DNA of 64,000 bases from Candidatus Levyibacteriota bacterium (GTDB lineage Bacteria > Patescibacteriota > Microgenomatia > Levybacterales > UBA12049), in contig JACOXT010000003.1 in NCBI GenBank assembly GCA_016182235.1, positions 451,488 to 515,487 of the forward strand, in the 5' to 3' direction. This document shows, piece by piece, positions 28,519-37,291 of this stretch. The first letter of the stretch is position 1; every line of letters starts with the position of its first letter. The position numbers and the translations under genes are program-made. Below the pieces are notes generated by a model. It worked only from the letters and a program-made list of their open reading frames with translations, ran no database searches and had not been told where the DNA came from.

Positions 28519-29757
28519 ATGCTACAGAGAATTAAGAATATTTATCACCTTGGAAATGGCATTCTGGGTAATTTGCGGTTTGGGTTTCCATCACATAAGC
28601 TTACTGTAATAGGCGTTACCGGAACTGATGGTAAAACAACAACTACAAGTCTAATATACCATGTCCTTTCTACATCTGGACGAAATGCATCGATGATAAG
28701 CTCAGTTGGGGCAGTAATAGGAGGAAGAGAGTATGATGTGGGATTTCATGTTACAACTCCTTCTTCCTGGGCGCTTCAGAAGTTTATTAAAGAGGCAGAA
28801 AAGGGCTTTCTGGTTCTTGAGACGACGTCTCATGCCTTGGATCAATTTAGAGTTTGGGGAATAAAATTTGACATTGGAGTTTTAACCAATATCACCCATG
28901 AACACCTAGATTACCACAAGACTTACCATAAATACGTTGAGGCAAAAGCAAAGCTTCTTGAAATGAGCCGAGTAGCGATTGTGAATAGAGACGACAAATC
29001 ATACCCGTTAATAAATTCGAAATTCGCTCGCCTCGCTGCGAAGCGGGAAATTCGAAATTCGAAATTAATTACCTATGGGATGAAAGATAATGCGGATTTA
29101 AATCCAAAAAAATTTCCATTTAAAACAAATATGATTGGAGAGTTCAATATTTACAACAGTCTTGCCGCAATAGCGGTATGTAGAGCTCTTGGTATTCCAG
29201 ATGAAGATATTAGAACGGGTTTAAAGTCATTTAAGCCTCCGATTGGCAGAGAAGAAGTAGTTTATAAGAAAGATTTTACCGTTATGATTGATTTTGCACA
29301 TACACCTAACGCCTTTGAGGAAATTCTGAGTTCAATTAAACCGAGTATAAAAGGCAGACTTATTCACGTATTTGGGTCGGCGGGACTTAGAGACAATACC
29401 AAAAGACCAATTATGGGGAGAGTCTCATCAAAATATGCGGATATTATTGTTTTGACCTCTGAAGATCCAAGATCGGAATCGGTTGAGAAGATTTCAGACG
29501 AGATAGAATCAGGAATAAAAATTCCAAACTCAAAATCTCAAATTACAAATAAATCCAAAATTCAAATATATAAAATTCCAAATCGACAAGAAGCAATTCA
29601 ATTTGCTATTAAGATTGCTAGAAAAGGAGATTTGGTCTTGACAACGGGGAAATCGCACGAAAAATCAATGAATTATGGACATGGAGAAGTTCCGTGGGAC
29701 GAGTACAGCGCTGTACGAAAAGCATTAAAAGGTTTGGGATTAAAGATTAAGGATTAA
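28519..29757 (+). CDS. murE: UDP-N-acetylmuramoyl-tripeptide ligase (MurE-type Mur ligase)
   Basis: P-loop VIGVTGTDGKTTT and a C-terminus GDLVLTTGKSHEKSMNYG resembling MurE GKGHE. Start set at ATG 28519 (MLQRIKN). Carries two in-frame mini-insertions (29014-29066 and 29515-29585). Confidence 0.75.
   Translation: MLQRIKNIYHLGNGILGNLRFGFPSHKLTVIGVTGTDGKTTTTSLIYHVLSTSGRNASMISSVGAVIGGREYDVGFHVTTPSSWALQKFIKEAEKGFLVLETTSHALDQFRVWGIKFDIGVLTNITHEHLDYHKTYHKYVEAKAKLLEMSRVAIVNRDDKSYPLINSKFARLAAKREIRNSKLITYGMKDNADLNPKKFPFKTNMIGEFNIYNSLAAIAVCRALGIPDEDIRTGLKSFKPPIGREEVVYKKDFTVMIDFAHTPNAFEEILSSIKPSIKGRLIHVFGSAGLRDNTKRPIMGRVSSKYADIIVLTSEDPRSESVEKISDEIESGIKIPNSKSQITNKSKIQIYKIPNRQEAIQFAIKIARKGDLVLTTGKSHEKSMNYGHGEVPWDEYSAVRKALKGLGLKIKD
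29014..29066. repeat. mini-insertion in murE: GAAATTC heptamer duplications flanking GC palindrome GCTCGCCTCGCTGCGAAGCGGG
   Basis: aaattcGAAATTC[gctcgcctcgctgcgaagcggg]GAAATTCGAAATTCGAAATT. In frame. Confidence 0.7.
29515..29585. repeat. AT-rich in-frame insertion in murE, homologous (~85% over ~50 nt, same reading frame) to 12418-12493
   Basis: Encodes KIPNSKSQITNKSKIQIYKIPNRQ. The tail tccaaaattcaaatata matches tccgaaattcaaatatc of the copy at 2905-2972. Confidence 0.65.
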
Positions 29758-31196
29758 TGATAAAAAAAATAAGATATATTCACTTCGCAGGGGTAAAAGG
29801 TGTTGGCATGGCTCCTCTTGCGATTATTGCCAAGGAAGCCGGAATAAATGTAACTGGCTCAGACATTGAAGACGAATTCATCACTGATGAGCTTCTTGAA
29901 AAAGCAAATATTAAGCCTTTTGTTGGTTTTTCAAAAAAAAATATCAAAGACCCAGATCTTGTTATTACAACAGGCGCACATGGCGGATTTGATAATTTAG
30001 AAGTTAAAGAGGCAAAGAGGAAAAAAATCAGAGTTATGACACAAGGCGAGGCAGTGGGTCTTTTTATGGATGGAACGATCTTTGGGAGAAGATTTACTGG
30101 AATTTCAGTAACTGGAACACATGGTAAAACGACAACAACAGCTATGGTAGCAACGATTCTTAAAGAAGCAAATCTTGACCCCTCATATGTTGTTGGAACA
30201 GGTTTTGTGCCGTCTCTTGGATCATCAGGGCACTTAGGGCAAGGAAAGTATTTTGTTTCAGAAGCCGATGAATATATAACAGAACCAAAATATGATAGAA
30301 AAATAAAATTCATGTGGCAAAACCCCAAAATTGCGGTTATTACAAACATAGAGTTTGATCATCCGGATGCTTATAAAACAATTGATGACGTAAAAGAAGC
30401 GTTCAAAAAATTCCCTAGCAAACTTCCAAAAGATGGCATATTAATTACCTGTGGCGATGATCATGAAGTAAGGAAGCTTTTTAAAGCTTATAAAGGGAAC
30501 AGAATTACGTATGGATTTTCAAAAGATAACGACTTTACAGTCAGCGAGGTCCGACCTTGTAATGACGGTAAGAAATATAAAGGCATACTAGAATTTAGGG
30601 TTATGAGAAAAAATCAAGATTTTGGAAAGTTCTATCTTAATGTTTTTGGCATACATAATGCTCTTAATGCCACTGCGGCATTTGTTGTGGGGCATAATCT
30701 TGGTTTGAATACACACAGTATTAAAAAAGGTTTGCTTGCATTTCAAGGCACAAAAAGAAGATCGGAATTTATAGGTGCACTAAAATCCGGTGCTAGGGTT
30801 TTCGACGATTACGCGCATCATCCAACAGAAATAAAAAACACACTTAGGGGATTTAAACAGAATTTTTCGAATATAAAATTAGTATGCATATTCCAGCCAC
30901 ATACCTACTCTCGAACAAAATCATTGTTCGAACAATTTTCTAAATCGTTTACGGATGCTGATATACTCATACTAACAAATATTTTTGCGTCCCTTCGTGA
31001 GAAAAAAGATCCTGAAATGTCATCTGAGCTTTTAGCAAATGAGGCTAGAAAATATAACAAGGAAGTATATTTCAAGCCTGCGCTTTCAGATGTGGTAAAA
31101 TATGTCAATTCTAAAAAATACGGGAAAGACACGATTATCATTACAATGGGAGCAGGAGACGTATATAAAATAAGTGAAGGGTTAAGATTACATTAA
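29757..31196 (+). CDS. murC: UDP-N-acetylmuramate--L-alanine ligase
   Basis: IHFAGVKGVGMAPLA and GTHGKTTTTAM with the Mur ligase C-terminal domain. Confidence 0.85.
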   Translation: MIKKIRYIHFAGVKGVGMAPLAIIAKEAGINVTGSDIEDEFITDELLEKANIKPFVGFSKKNIKDPDLVITTGAHGGFDNLEVKEAKRKKIRVMTQGEAVGLFMDGTIFGRRFTGISVTGTHGKTTTTAMVATILKEANLDPSYVVGTGFVPSLGSSGHLGQGKYFVSEADEYITEPKYDRKIKFMWQNPKIAVITNIEFDHPDAYKTIDDVKEAFKKFPSKLPKDGILITCGDDHEVRKLFKAYKGNRITYGFSKDNDFTVSEVRPCNDGKKYKGILEFRVMRKNQDFGKFYLNVFGIHNALNATAAFVVGHNLGLNTHSIKKGLLAFQGTKRRSEFIGALKSGARVFDDYAHHPTEIKNTLRGFKQNFSNIKLVCIFQPHTYSRTKSLFEQFSKSFTDADILILTNIFASLREKKDPEMSSELLANEARKYNKEVYFKPALSDVVKYVNSKKYGKDTIIITMGAGDVYKISEGLRLH

Positions 31197-31262
31197 TGTC
31201 ATCCCGAATTTATTTCGGGATCTAATTAGATGCTGAAGCAAGTTCAGCATGACAACTAATAA
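31197..31262 (+). terminator. two adjacent 8-bp-stem hairpins after murC (putative terminator or processing site)
   Basis: aTCCCGAAtttattTTCGGGAt followed by ATGCTGAAgcaagTTCAGCAT, nested within outer GTCAT/ATGAC complementarity. No clear U-tract. Confidence 0.35.
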
Positions 31263-31264
31263 AT

Positions 31265-32605
31265 ATGGAGAAGTTAATTATAAATGGCGGAAGGAAATTA
31301 AAAGGCAATATTTCGGTATCGGGAGCGAAAAATGTTGCTTTGAAAGCTTTGGTTGCCGCGTGTCTAACAAATGAGGAGGTAACTATTAAAAATATTCCAT
31401 TAATTACGGATTTTATGGTGATGGTCGCGATAATTCGAGATCTTGGCGGGCATGTTAAGCTTCTTGATCACACCGTAACTGTTCAGATTAAGGAATTTAA
31501 GAAAGAAAAAATTTCCTTAGACCAGGGAGCAAAAATAAGAACCTCTGCCATGTTTATGGCGCCGCTTCTCGCAAGAGTGGGAGTTGCAATTATTCCCAAT
31601 CCCGGAGGTTGTAGAATTGGAGCGCGCCCGATTGACAGAACAATAAAAGGAATAAAAGAATTAGGAGTAGAGGCTAAGTACAATAGGAGGGATGGGTATT
31701 TTTATCTTAAAAAAGAAAATAGAAAAAAAGACTGGAAAAAAGTTGTCCATAAGTTTGACAAAAACACCCATACCGGGACAGAAATAATGATCCTTGCTTC
31801 CACGCTTTTCAACGGAGAAGTTATTCTTAAAAATGCTGCGGAAGAGCCGGAAATTGATGAGCTTATAAATCTTTTAGTTCTCATGGGCGCCAAGATTGTA
31901 AGAACAGGAAAAAGAGAAATCACAATAGACGGCGTAGGAAAACTTCATGGAGCGACATTTACAATCGCTCCGGATAGGAATGAGATAGTAACCTTCGCTG
32001 TTGCGGGAATTGTAACAAAAGGAGATATTTTTGTTCTTGGCGCTCATAATGTTGATCTTAAAGAATTTATCAAAAGGCTAAAAAGTGCCGGAGGAGGCGT
32101 TGAGGAAAGGCAAGACGGAATACGTTTCTTTTACAAAGGACCTCTTACAAAAACATACATAAATACATCTTTTTATCCCGGGTTTATGACAGACTGGCAA
32201 GGTCCTTGGGCGGTTCTTATGACTCAAGCGAATGGAGATTCGGTGATTCATGAGACAGTATATGAAAGCAGGTTCGGATATGTAAAGGAGCTTAGAAAAA
32301 TGGGCGCAAATATTACTTTTTTTAATCCGAAGATTGTAAGCCCCGATAACGTTTATAATTTTAATCTTTCCGACCGGATCCCGGACTATTATCACGCAAT
32401 AAAGATTAAGGGTCAAATAAGGCTTCATAACGCGGTGGTTGAGATTTCAGATCTTCGGGCAGGCGCGTCTCTTGTTTTGGCTGCATTGTCTTCTCCCAAC
32501 GAAAGCGTTATTTTTGGCGTGGAGCATTTGGATAGAGGCTACGAGAATTTTGAAGAAAGATTAAAAAGTTTGGGAGGTGAAATTAAACGTGTTAAAAATG
32601 AATAA
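31265..32605 (+). CDS. murA: UDP-N-acetylglucosamine 1-carboxyvinyltransferase
   Basis: N-terminus MEKLIINGGRKLKGNISVSGAKNVALKAL and length 446 aa match MurA. Confidence 0.9.
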   Translation: MEKLIINGGRKLKGNISVSGAKNVALKALVAACLTNEEVTIKNIPLITDFMVMVAIIRDLGGHVKLLDHTVTVQIKEFKKEKISLDQGAKIRTSAMFMAPLLARVGVAIIPNPGGCRIGARPIDRTIKGIKELGVEAKYNRRDGYFYLKKENRKKDWKKVVHKFDKNTHTGTEIMILASTLFNGEVILKNAAEEPEIDELINLLVLMGAKIVRTGKREITIDGVGKLHGATFTIAPDRNEIVTFAVAGIVTKGDIFVLGAHNVDLKEFIKRLKSAGGGVEERQDGIRFFYKGPLTKTYINTSFYPGFMTDWQGPWAVLMTQANGDSVIHETVYESRFGYVKELRKMGANITFFNPKIVSPDNVYNFNLSDRIPDYYHAIKIKGQIRLHNAVVEISDLRAGASLVLAALSSPNESVIFGVEHLDRGYENFEERLKSLGGEIKRVKNE

Positions 32606-33866
32606 AGTTCAGGCAGTTGTACTAGCGGCTGGAGAATCTAGGAGGTTTTATCCATTTAATGGTTTTTCTCATAAAACACTTGTTGCAGTATTGGGAAAAC
32701 CAATTATCGTTCATACGATAGAATCAATCAAGCGATCAGGGATAACTGACATCATTATTGTTACATCTCCAAACGGCGAAATTAAATCAATTCTTGGGAA
32801 TGGAGAAAGATTTGGAGTATCTATTAGGTATGTTGTACAGGACAAGCCTGAAGGTATGGGCGATGCGCTTTTACTTTGTAGAGAGCGTATAAAAAGCGAC
32901 TTTTTTCTAATGCACGCTTCGCATCTTGATTTTGATACCTTTGCTGAAGATTTGTTAAAAGCAAAAAAAGAAGACATAAAAGGAGTTTTACTGGCTAAAA
33001 GGAAGAAATTAGGTCAGAATCAAGGCATTCTGAAATTATCTGGGAGAAAAGTAGAAGAGATAATTGAGAAGCCAAAAAAAGTTGAGGATCCTTCAAGTAT
33101 GCACGTGGTCGGAATATATCTTCTCAATAAGGACTTTCTGAATACGCTTGAGAAGTCGTCCAAAGAGCACTATAGACTGGAAAAAGCGATTTCAGATTAC
33201 GCTAAAGAAAATCACATTGGGTTTTTAGAAACTAAGAAAGATACGATATCTTTAAAATATCCCTGGGATTTACTAGCGGTTAAAGATTACCTTTTCAAGA
33301 ACATTAAAAGACAAATAAGTCCAAATGCGCGTATCGCGAAAAACGCTGAGATTATCGGAGAAGCTGTGGTAGGAGATGGAGTCGAAATAATGGAAGGTGC
33401 TCGCATAAAAGGCCCTTGTTTTATTGGTAAAAATGTGACTGTCGGGAATAACGCGCTTTTAAGGAATGGTGTAGACGTCGAAGAACATAGCGTTGTGGGC
33501 GGATATATGGAAATGAAAAATACTATACTTATGAGAAATTCAACAACTCACTCCGGGTTTATCGGCGACTCGATAATTGGACCAAACTGCAAAATAGCTG
33601 CTCAATTTTGCACAGGCAATTTACGTTTGGATCGCAATTTAGTCAAATCAAATGTGGGGCAGGACGAAACAGACACCGGGCTAAAATATTTAGGGGTAAT
33701 TGTTGGAGAAGATACAAATATAGGCATTAAGGTTTCGACAATGCCGGGCGTAATAATTGGCAGACATTCGGTTATCGGACCATCAACAGTTGTCATGAAA
33801 AATGTTTCCGATAATACGAGATATTATACAAAGTTTGCGGAGATTGTGAGTAAAAATGAAAAATAA
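32598..33866 (+). CDS. bifunctional sugar-1-phosphate nucleotidyltransferase / LbH acetyltransferase (GlmU-like, archaeal type)
   Basis: N-terminal AVVLAAGESRRF nucleotidyltransferase fold plus C-terminal hexapeptide repeats (IGEAVVGDGVEI, GKNVTVGNNALL). Start set to ATG 32598. Confidence 0.65.
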   Translation: MNKVQAVVLAAGESRRFYPFNGFSHKTLVAVLGKPIIVHTIESIKRSGITDIIIVTSPNGEIKSILGNGERFGVSIRYVVQDKPEGMGDALLLCRERIKSDFFLMHASHLDFDTFAEDLLKAKKEDIKGVLLAKRKKLGQNQGILKLSGRKVEEIIEKPKKVEDPSSMHVVGIYLLNKDFLNTLEKSSKEHYRLEKAISDYAKENHIGFLETKKDTISLKYPWDLLAVKDYLFKNIKRQISPNARIAKNAEIIGEAVVGDGVEIMEGARIKGPCFIGKNVTVGNNALLRNGVDVEEHSVVGGYMEMKNTILMRNSTTHSGFIGDSIIGPNCKIAAQFCTGNLRLDRNLVKSNVGQDETDTGLKYLGVIVGEDTNIGIKVSTMPGVIIGRHSVIGPSTVVMKNVSDNTRYYTKFAEIVSKNEK

Positions 33867-34434
33867 ATCCATCACTTTTCTATCGCAGAGCAGTGACTCG
33901 CTAGAAAAAAATAACCATATTCGCACACACACTAAACACCGAAATTTTAAAAAGGTGCTGGATAAACCCGTTGTCCTTTTTGACATTGACTATACACTTT
34001 TTGACACAGATCATTTTAAGAAAAGTTATCTTACAAAACATAGAATTTATGAAGAAGTGGGAAATGTTTTGAAGAGTTTAAGTAATATAGCAATTCTTGG
34101 AATTTTTTCAGAGGGAGATTTAGAACTTCAAAAAAGGAAGCTAATTAAAACTGCAATTCTAAATTACTTTGAAAAAGGTAACACCCATATAGTTCTTAAT
34201 AAATTAGTCGACCTTAAAAGAGTGTTGGGAAAATACAAAAATAGAAAAACCTTTTTTATTGACGATAAGCTTAGTATTTTATGCGATACGAAAAAAATAT
34301 TTCCAGAAGTTGTCGCTATTTGGGTGAAAAGAGGCGTTTACGCGAAGAACCAGAAGGAGATCGCAGGATTTAAGCCGGATGCGGAAGTTGAAGATTTGAA
34401 AGAAGTTGTTAAGATTATAAATTCTAAGTTATAA
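33856..34434 (+). CDS. HAD-superfamily hydrolase (putative sugar phosphatase)
   Basis: HAD motif I LFDIDYTLFDT. Sits between the glmU-like gene and glmS. Confidence 0.5.
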   Translation: MKNKSITFLSQSSDSLEKNNHIRTHTKHRNFKKVLDKPVVLFDIDYTLFDTDHFKKSYLTKHRIYEEVGNVLKSLSNIAILGIFSEGDLELQKRKLIKTAILNYFEKGNTHIVLNKLVDLKRVLGKYKNRKTFFIDDKLSILCDTKKIFPEVVAIWVKRGVYAKNQKEIAGFKPDAEVEDLKEVVKIINSKL

Positions 34435-34449
34435 ATCTTAAATTATTTT

Positions 34450-36210
34450 ATGTGCGGTATATTCGGCTATGTTGGCAAGAAATCTAGTGCTGCCAAAATT
34501 GTTTTTGACGGACTGAAACTTCTTGAGTATAGAGGGTATGATTCATGGGGAATCGCAATAAAAATCAAAAATAAGTTTATTATTGAAAAACACGTTGGTA
34601 AAATTGGAGATGCAAAGATTAATCTTCCGGAAGGTGATTTGGGAATAGGGCATACTCGCTGGGCGACTCACGGAGGAGTAACGGTTGCAAATGCTCATCC
34701 TCATCTGGATTGCACAAAGTCCATAACTGTTGTTCATAACGGCATTGTTGAGAATTTTCAGGAAATAAAAGATAAGCTTGTAAAATTAGGACACAAGTTT
34801 GTTTCAGAAACTGATACAGAAGTCATCCCTCATCTTATTGAAGAAAACTTGAAACATATTGGTTTTGCATCTTCTGTTCGTAACTCCTTTAATAAATTAA
34901 GAGGTCTAAACGCTATTGTGGTTGCGAATGCCGTTTCAAAAGAAATCGTAGCGGCCAAGAACGGTTCGCCTCTTATTGCGGGTATAGGAAGTGGGGAGTT
35001 TCTTGTCTCGTCCGATATTGTTGGAATTGTGCCTCATACAAGAAATGTAATTTTTCTAAAAGATAATGAAATGGTGATCTTGGGTAAAGAAATTCAGCTT
35101 ATTTCTCTTCCAACCGGAAAAAAACTTTCTATAAGACCCGAAAAAATAGATTGGAAATTTGAAAATACATCAAAAGGCAAGTTCCAGGACTTTATGATTA
35201 AGGAAATCCATGAACAGCCGCTTATCGTACGAAATATCGCCAAAAATTATTCGGAGAGTTTGAAAAAACTTGCAAATTATGTTCAAAATGCCAAAGGCAC
35301 ATTTTTTATTGGAGCTGGTACCGCGTTTCATGCCGGCCTTTCCGGAACTTATTTTTTTTCCAAAATCGCCAAAAAACACGTAAATACTACAGTTGCCTCT
35401 GAATTTAATTATTTGGAGGATTTTTTGACAAAAGAAAGCCTTGTTATTGTTCTTTCCCAAAGTGGTGAGACAATTGATGTTGTTGAGCCTGTAAATAGGG
35501 CAAAAAGTAAAAAAAGTAAAATCGTTGCGATTACAAATTCCTTGGGTTCAACACTTTATAGGATGGCAGATTATAATGTTTTGTTAAACGCCGGTCCGGA
35601 AAAGGCAGTCGCCTCAACAAAAGCCTATATCGCAAAACTTTCGGTTTTATTGATGCTGACATTTGCCTTAATTAACAAAGAAGAAAGAGCAAAAGAAATT
35701 CTTCTTAGGACTGCAAAGGAGATGGAAAGGCTTTTGGAAAGCAAACAAGTTTTGGAAATTAAAAAAATTGCCAAGTTTTTGTCAAAAACTAGAAATATTT
35801 ACGCACTTGGCCGCGGCGCGTCTTATCCTTCAGCCCTTGAGGCTGCTTTGAAAATAAAAGAAGTGACCTATATTCCAACAGAAGGATTTCCCGGAGGAGA
35901 GCTAAAGCACGGCACAATTGCACTGATAGGGCATGGAACGCCGGTTATAGTATTTGCTCCTCAGGATGAGACTTATGAATCTATTATTTCAAATGCTATT
36001 GAAATCAAATCAAGAGGCGGAGTTATAATTGGAATTTCCGATAGACAATCTTCAGCTTTTGATTATTTTATTTCAGTCAAGGACGTGGAAGAAGGTTCAT
36101 ATTTAGCGCAAGTTGTAGTTGCTCAGCTTTTGGCTTATTATATGGCAGTTGAATTGAAGCTTGATCCTGATATGCCCCGCAACCTCGCAAAATCAGTTAC
36201 CGTAAAATGA
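34450..36210 (+). CDS. glmS: glutamine--fructose-6-phosphate aminotransferase
   Basis: Begins MCGIFGY (N-terminal nucleophile Cys2) and has two SIS domains. 586 aa. Confidence 0.9.
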   Translation: MCGIFGYVGKKSSAAKIVFDGLKLLEYRGYDSWGIAIKIKNKFIIEKHVGKIGDAKINLPEGDLGIGHTRWATHGGVTVANAHPHLDCTKSITVVHNGIVENFQEIKDKLVKLGHKFVSETDTEVIPHLIEENLKHIGFASSVRNSFNKLRGLNAIVVANAVSKEIVAAKNGSPLIAGIGSGEFLVSSDIVGIVPHTRNVIFLKDNEMVILGKEIQLISLPTGKKLSIRPEKIDWKFENTSKGKFQDFMIKEIHEQPLIVRNIAKNYSESLKKLANYVQNAKGTFFIGAGTAFHAGLSGTYFFSKIAKKHVNTTVASEFNYLEDFLTKESLVIVLSQSGETIDVVEPVNRAKSKKSKIVAITNSLGSTLYRMADYNVLLNAGPEKAVASTKAYIAKLSVLLMLTFALINKEERAKEILLRTAKEMERLLESKQVLEIKKIAKFLSKTRNIYALGRGASYPSALEAALKIKEVTYIPTEGFPGGELKHGTIALIGHGTPVIVFAPQDETYESIISNAIEIKSRGGVIIGISDRQSSAFDYFISVKDVEEGSYLAQVVVAQLLAYYMAVELKLDPDMPRNLAKSVTVK

Positions 36211-36299
36211 CTTTGCCCTGAGTGAATAGATGCGAATCGAAGGACAAAAAGCGTGACTGTAAAGTAAATCCTCAGAAAAAGTGGTAAAATCTGCTTGTT

Positions 36300-37127
36300 A
36301 TGAGTAGAGTGGAAACTTTTCCCAGGCCAACACAAGTTGAAATCCCTAAAGTAAAGAACATGCCTCTTTCTGATATTGTTCCTGAACCGGAGAGGCGATC
36401 CTCACCTCCCGGATTAATAACTGTTGCGGGCCATGAACTCAACCATGCTCTGGTCGCACTGGCTCATGGGATACCAATTGTTAGTCTTTCCGTAATGCCG
36501 AAAGGCGACTCACTAGGCAGAACAGTTATCGGAGGGTGGGTTTCAACGGAAACGATGAAGGTAATCGCGGCAGGCGGAGGGGTTGAGACGCATGATGGAA
36601 GCGCGGAGGGCTTTGGAAGCGATAAATACAAGGTAGATGTCATGCATCATTTTCATGGCGGGCATTCCTGGGACTCGGCAAGAAATCAAGCCGCGAGTAT
36701 CGTTTCCAGATTTTCAAATAGAATTAGGGAAAGAGCTGCGGAAATTATAGCTTATTTGGGGACAGTAGCAGGATCACTTATTGGAGACATAATGCGTCGT
36801 GCGCAAATGGAACTTGATCAAGAAAAAGGAATCGAAACAGAGCAATTAATATTAGTTTCAAACCCTCAGCAGGAATATAAATATAAAACAATTATTGACG
36901 AGCTTCCGGGCAATGTGCAAAGAATTAGATATGTAGTGGTAGGAGTAGTTAAAAAAGAAGAATATCTTTGCGGAATTTGCCAGGGAATAAACAGCCATGA
37001 AGAAGATTGCCCAAACGCAAAACTCAAAGAAAATTCGGATGAATCTAAATCTTCCCCAAAACCGCTAACAAATGAAGGGATAATTATCTCTTTCCCAGTC
37101 CGCAAGCCTCTAAAACTTGTTGCATGA
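36300..37127 (+). CDS. putative Zn-metallopeptidase-like protein (HExxH) with C-terminal Cys-rich zinc-ribbon-like motif
   Basis: AGHELNHALVALAHG (HExxH) and CGICQGINSHEEDCPN. GC content of about 48% against about 33% in the flanks. Confidence 0.45.
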   Translation: MSRVETFPRPTQVEIPKVKNMPLSDIVPEPERRSSPPGLITVAGHELNHALVALAHGIPIVSLSVMPKGDSLGRTVIGGWVSTETMKVIAAGGGVETHDGSAEGFGSDKYKVDVMHHFHGGHSWDSARNQAASIVSRFSNRIRERAAEIIAYLGTVAGSLIGDIMRRAQMELDQEKGIETEQLILVSNPQQEYKYKTIIDELPGNVQRIRYVVVGVVKKEEYLCGICQGINSHEEDCPNAKLKENSDESKSSPKPLTNEGIIISFPVRKPLKLVA

Positions 37128-37291
37128 TAGGTTGATATATAATGAATTGAAAGACTGAATGGTGAAAAAAAGTAGAGAAGAGATTATAATAATGGTATAA
37201 ATTCAAATGCGAAAGAGAATTTAAAGGCGACTAGTGTATTGGCGAAATTCGTAATTAAAAGGAACACTTAAAGAAAATAATAAAGAAGTAG

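Noticed and set aside
29014-29066. Possibility that the GC insertions are inteins or group I/II introns
   Set aside because: At 20-70 nt they are far too short, and they lack intein blocks and intron structure. They are in frame, so read-through or bypass are the only options.
36213-36250. Third copy of the hairpin-leader element (ctgagtgaatagatgcgaatcgaa)
   Set aside because: Only the tail is similar. There is no stem and no adjacent start codon, so it is too weak to call.
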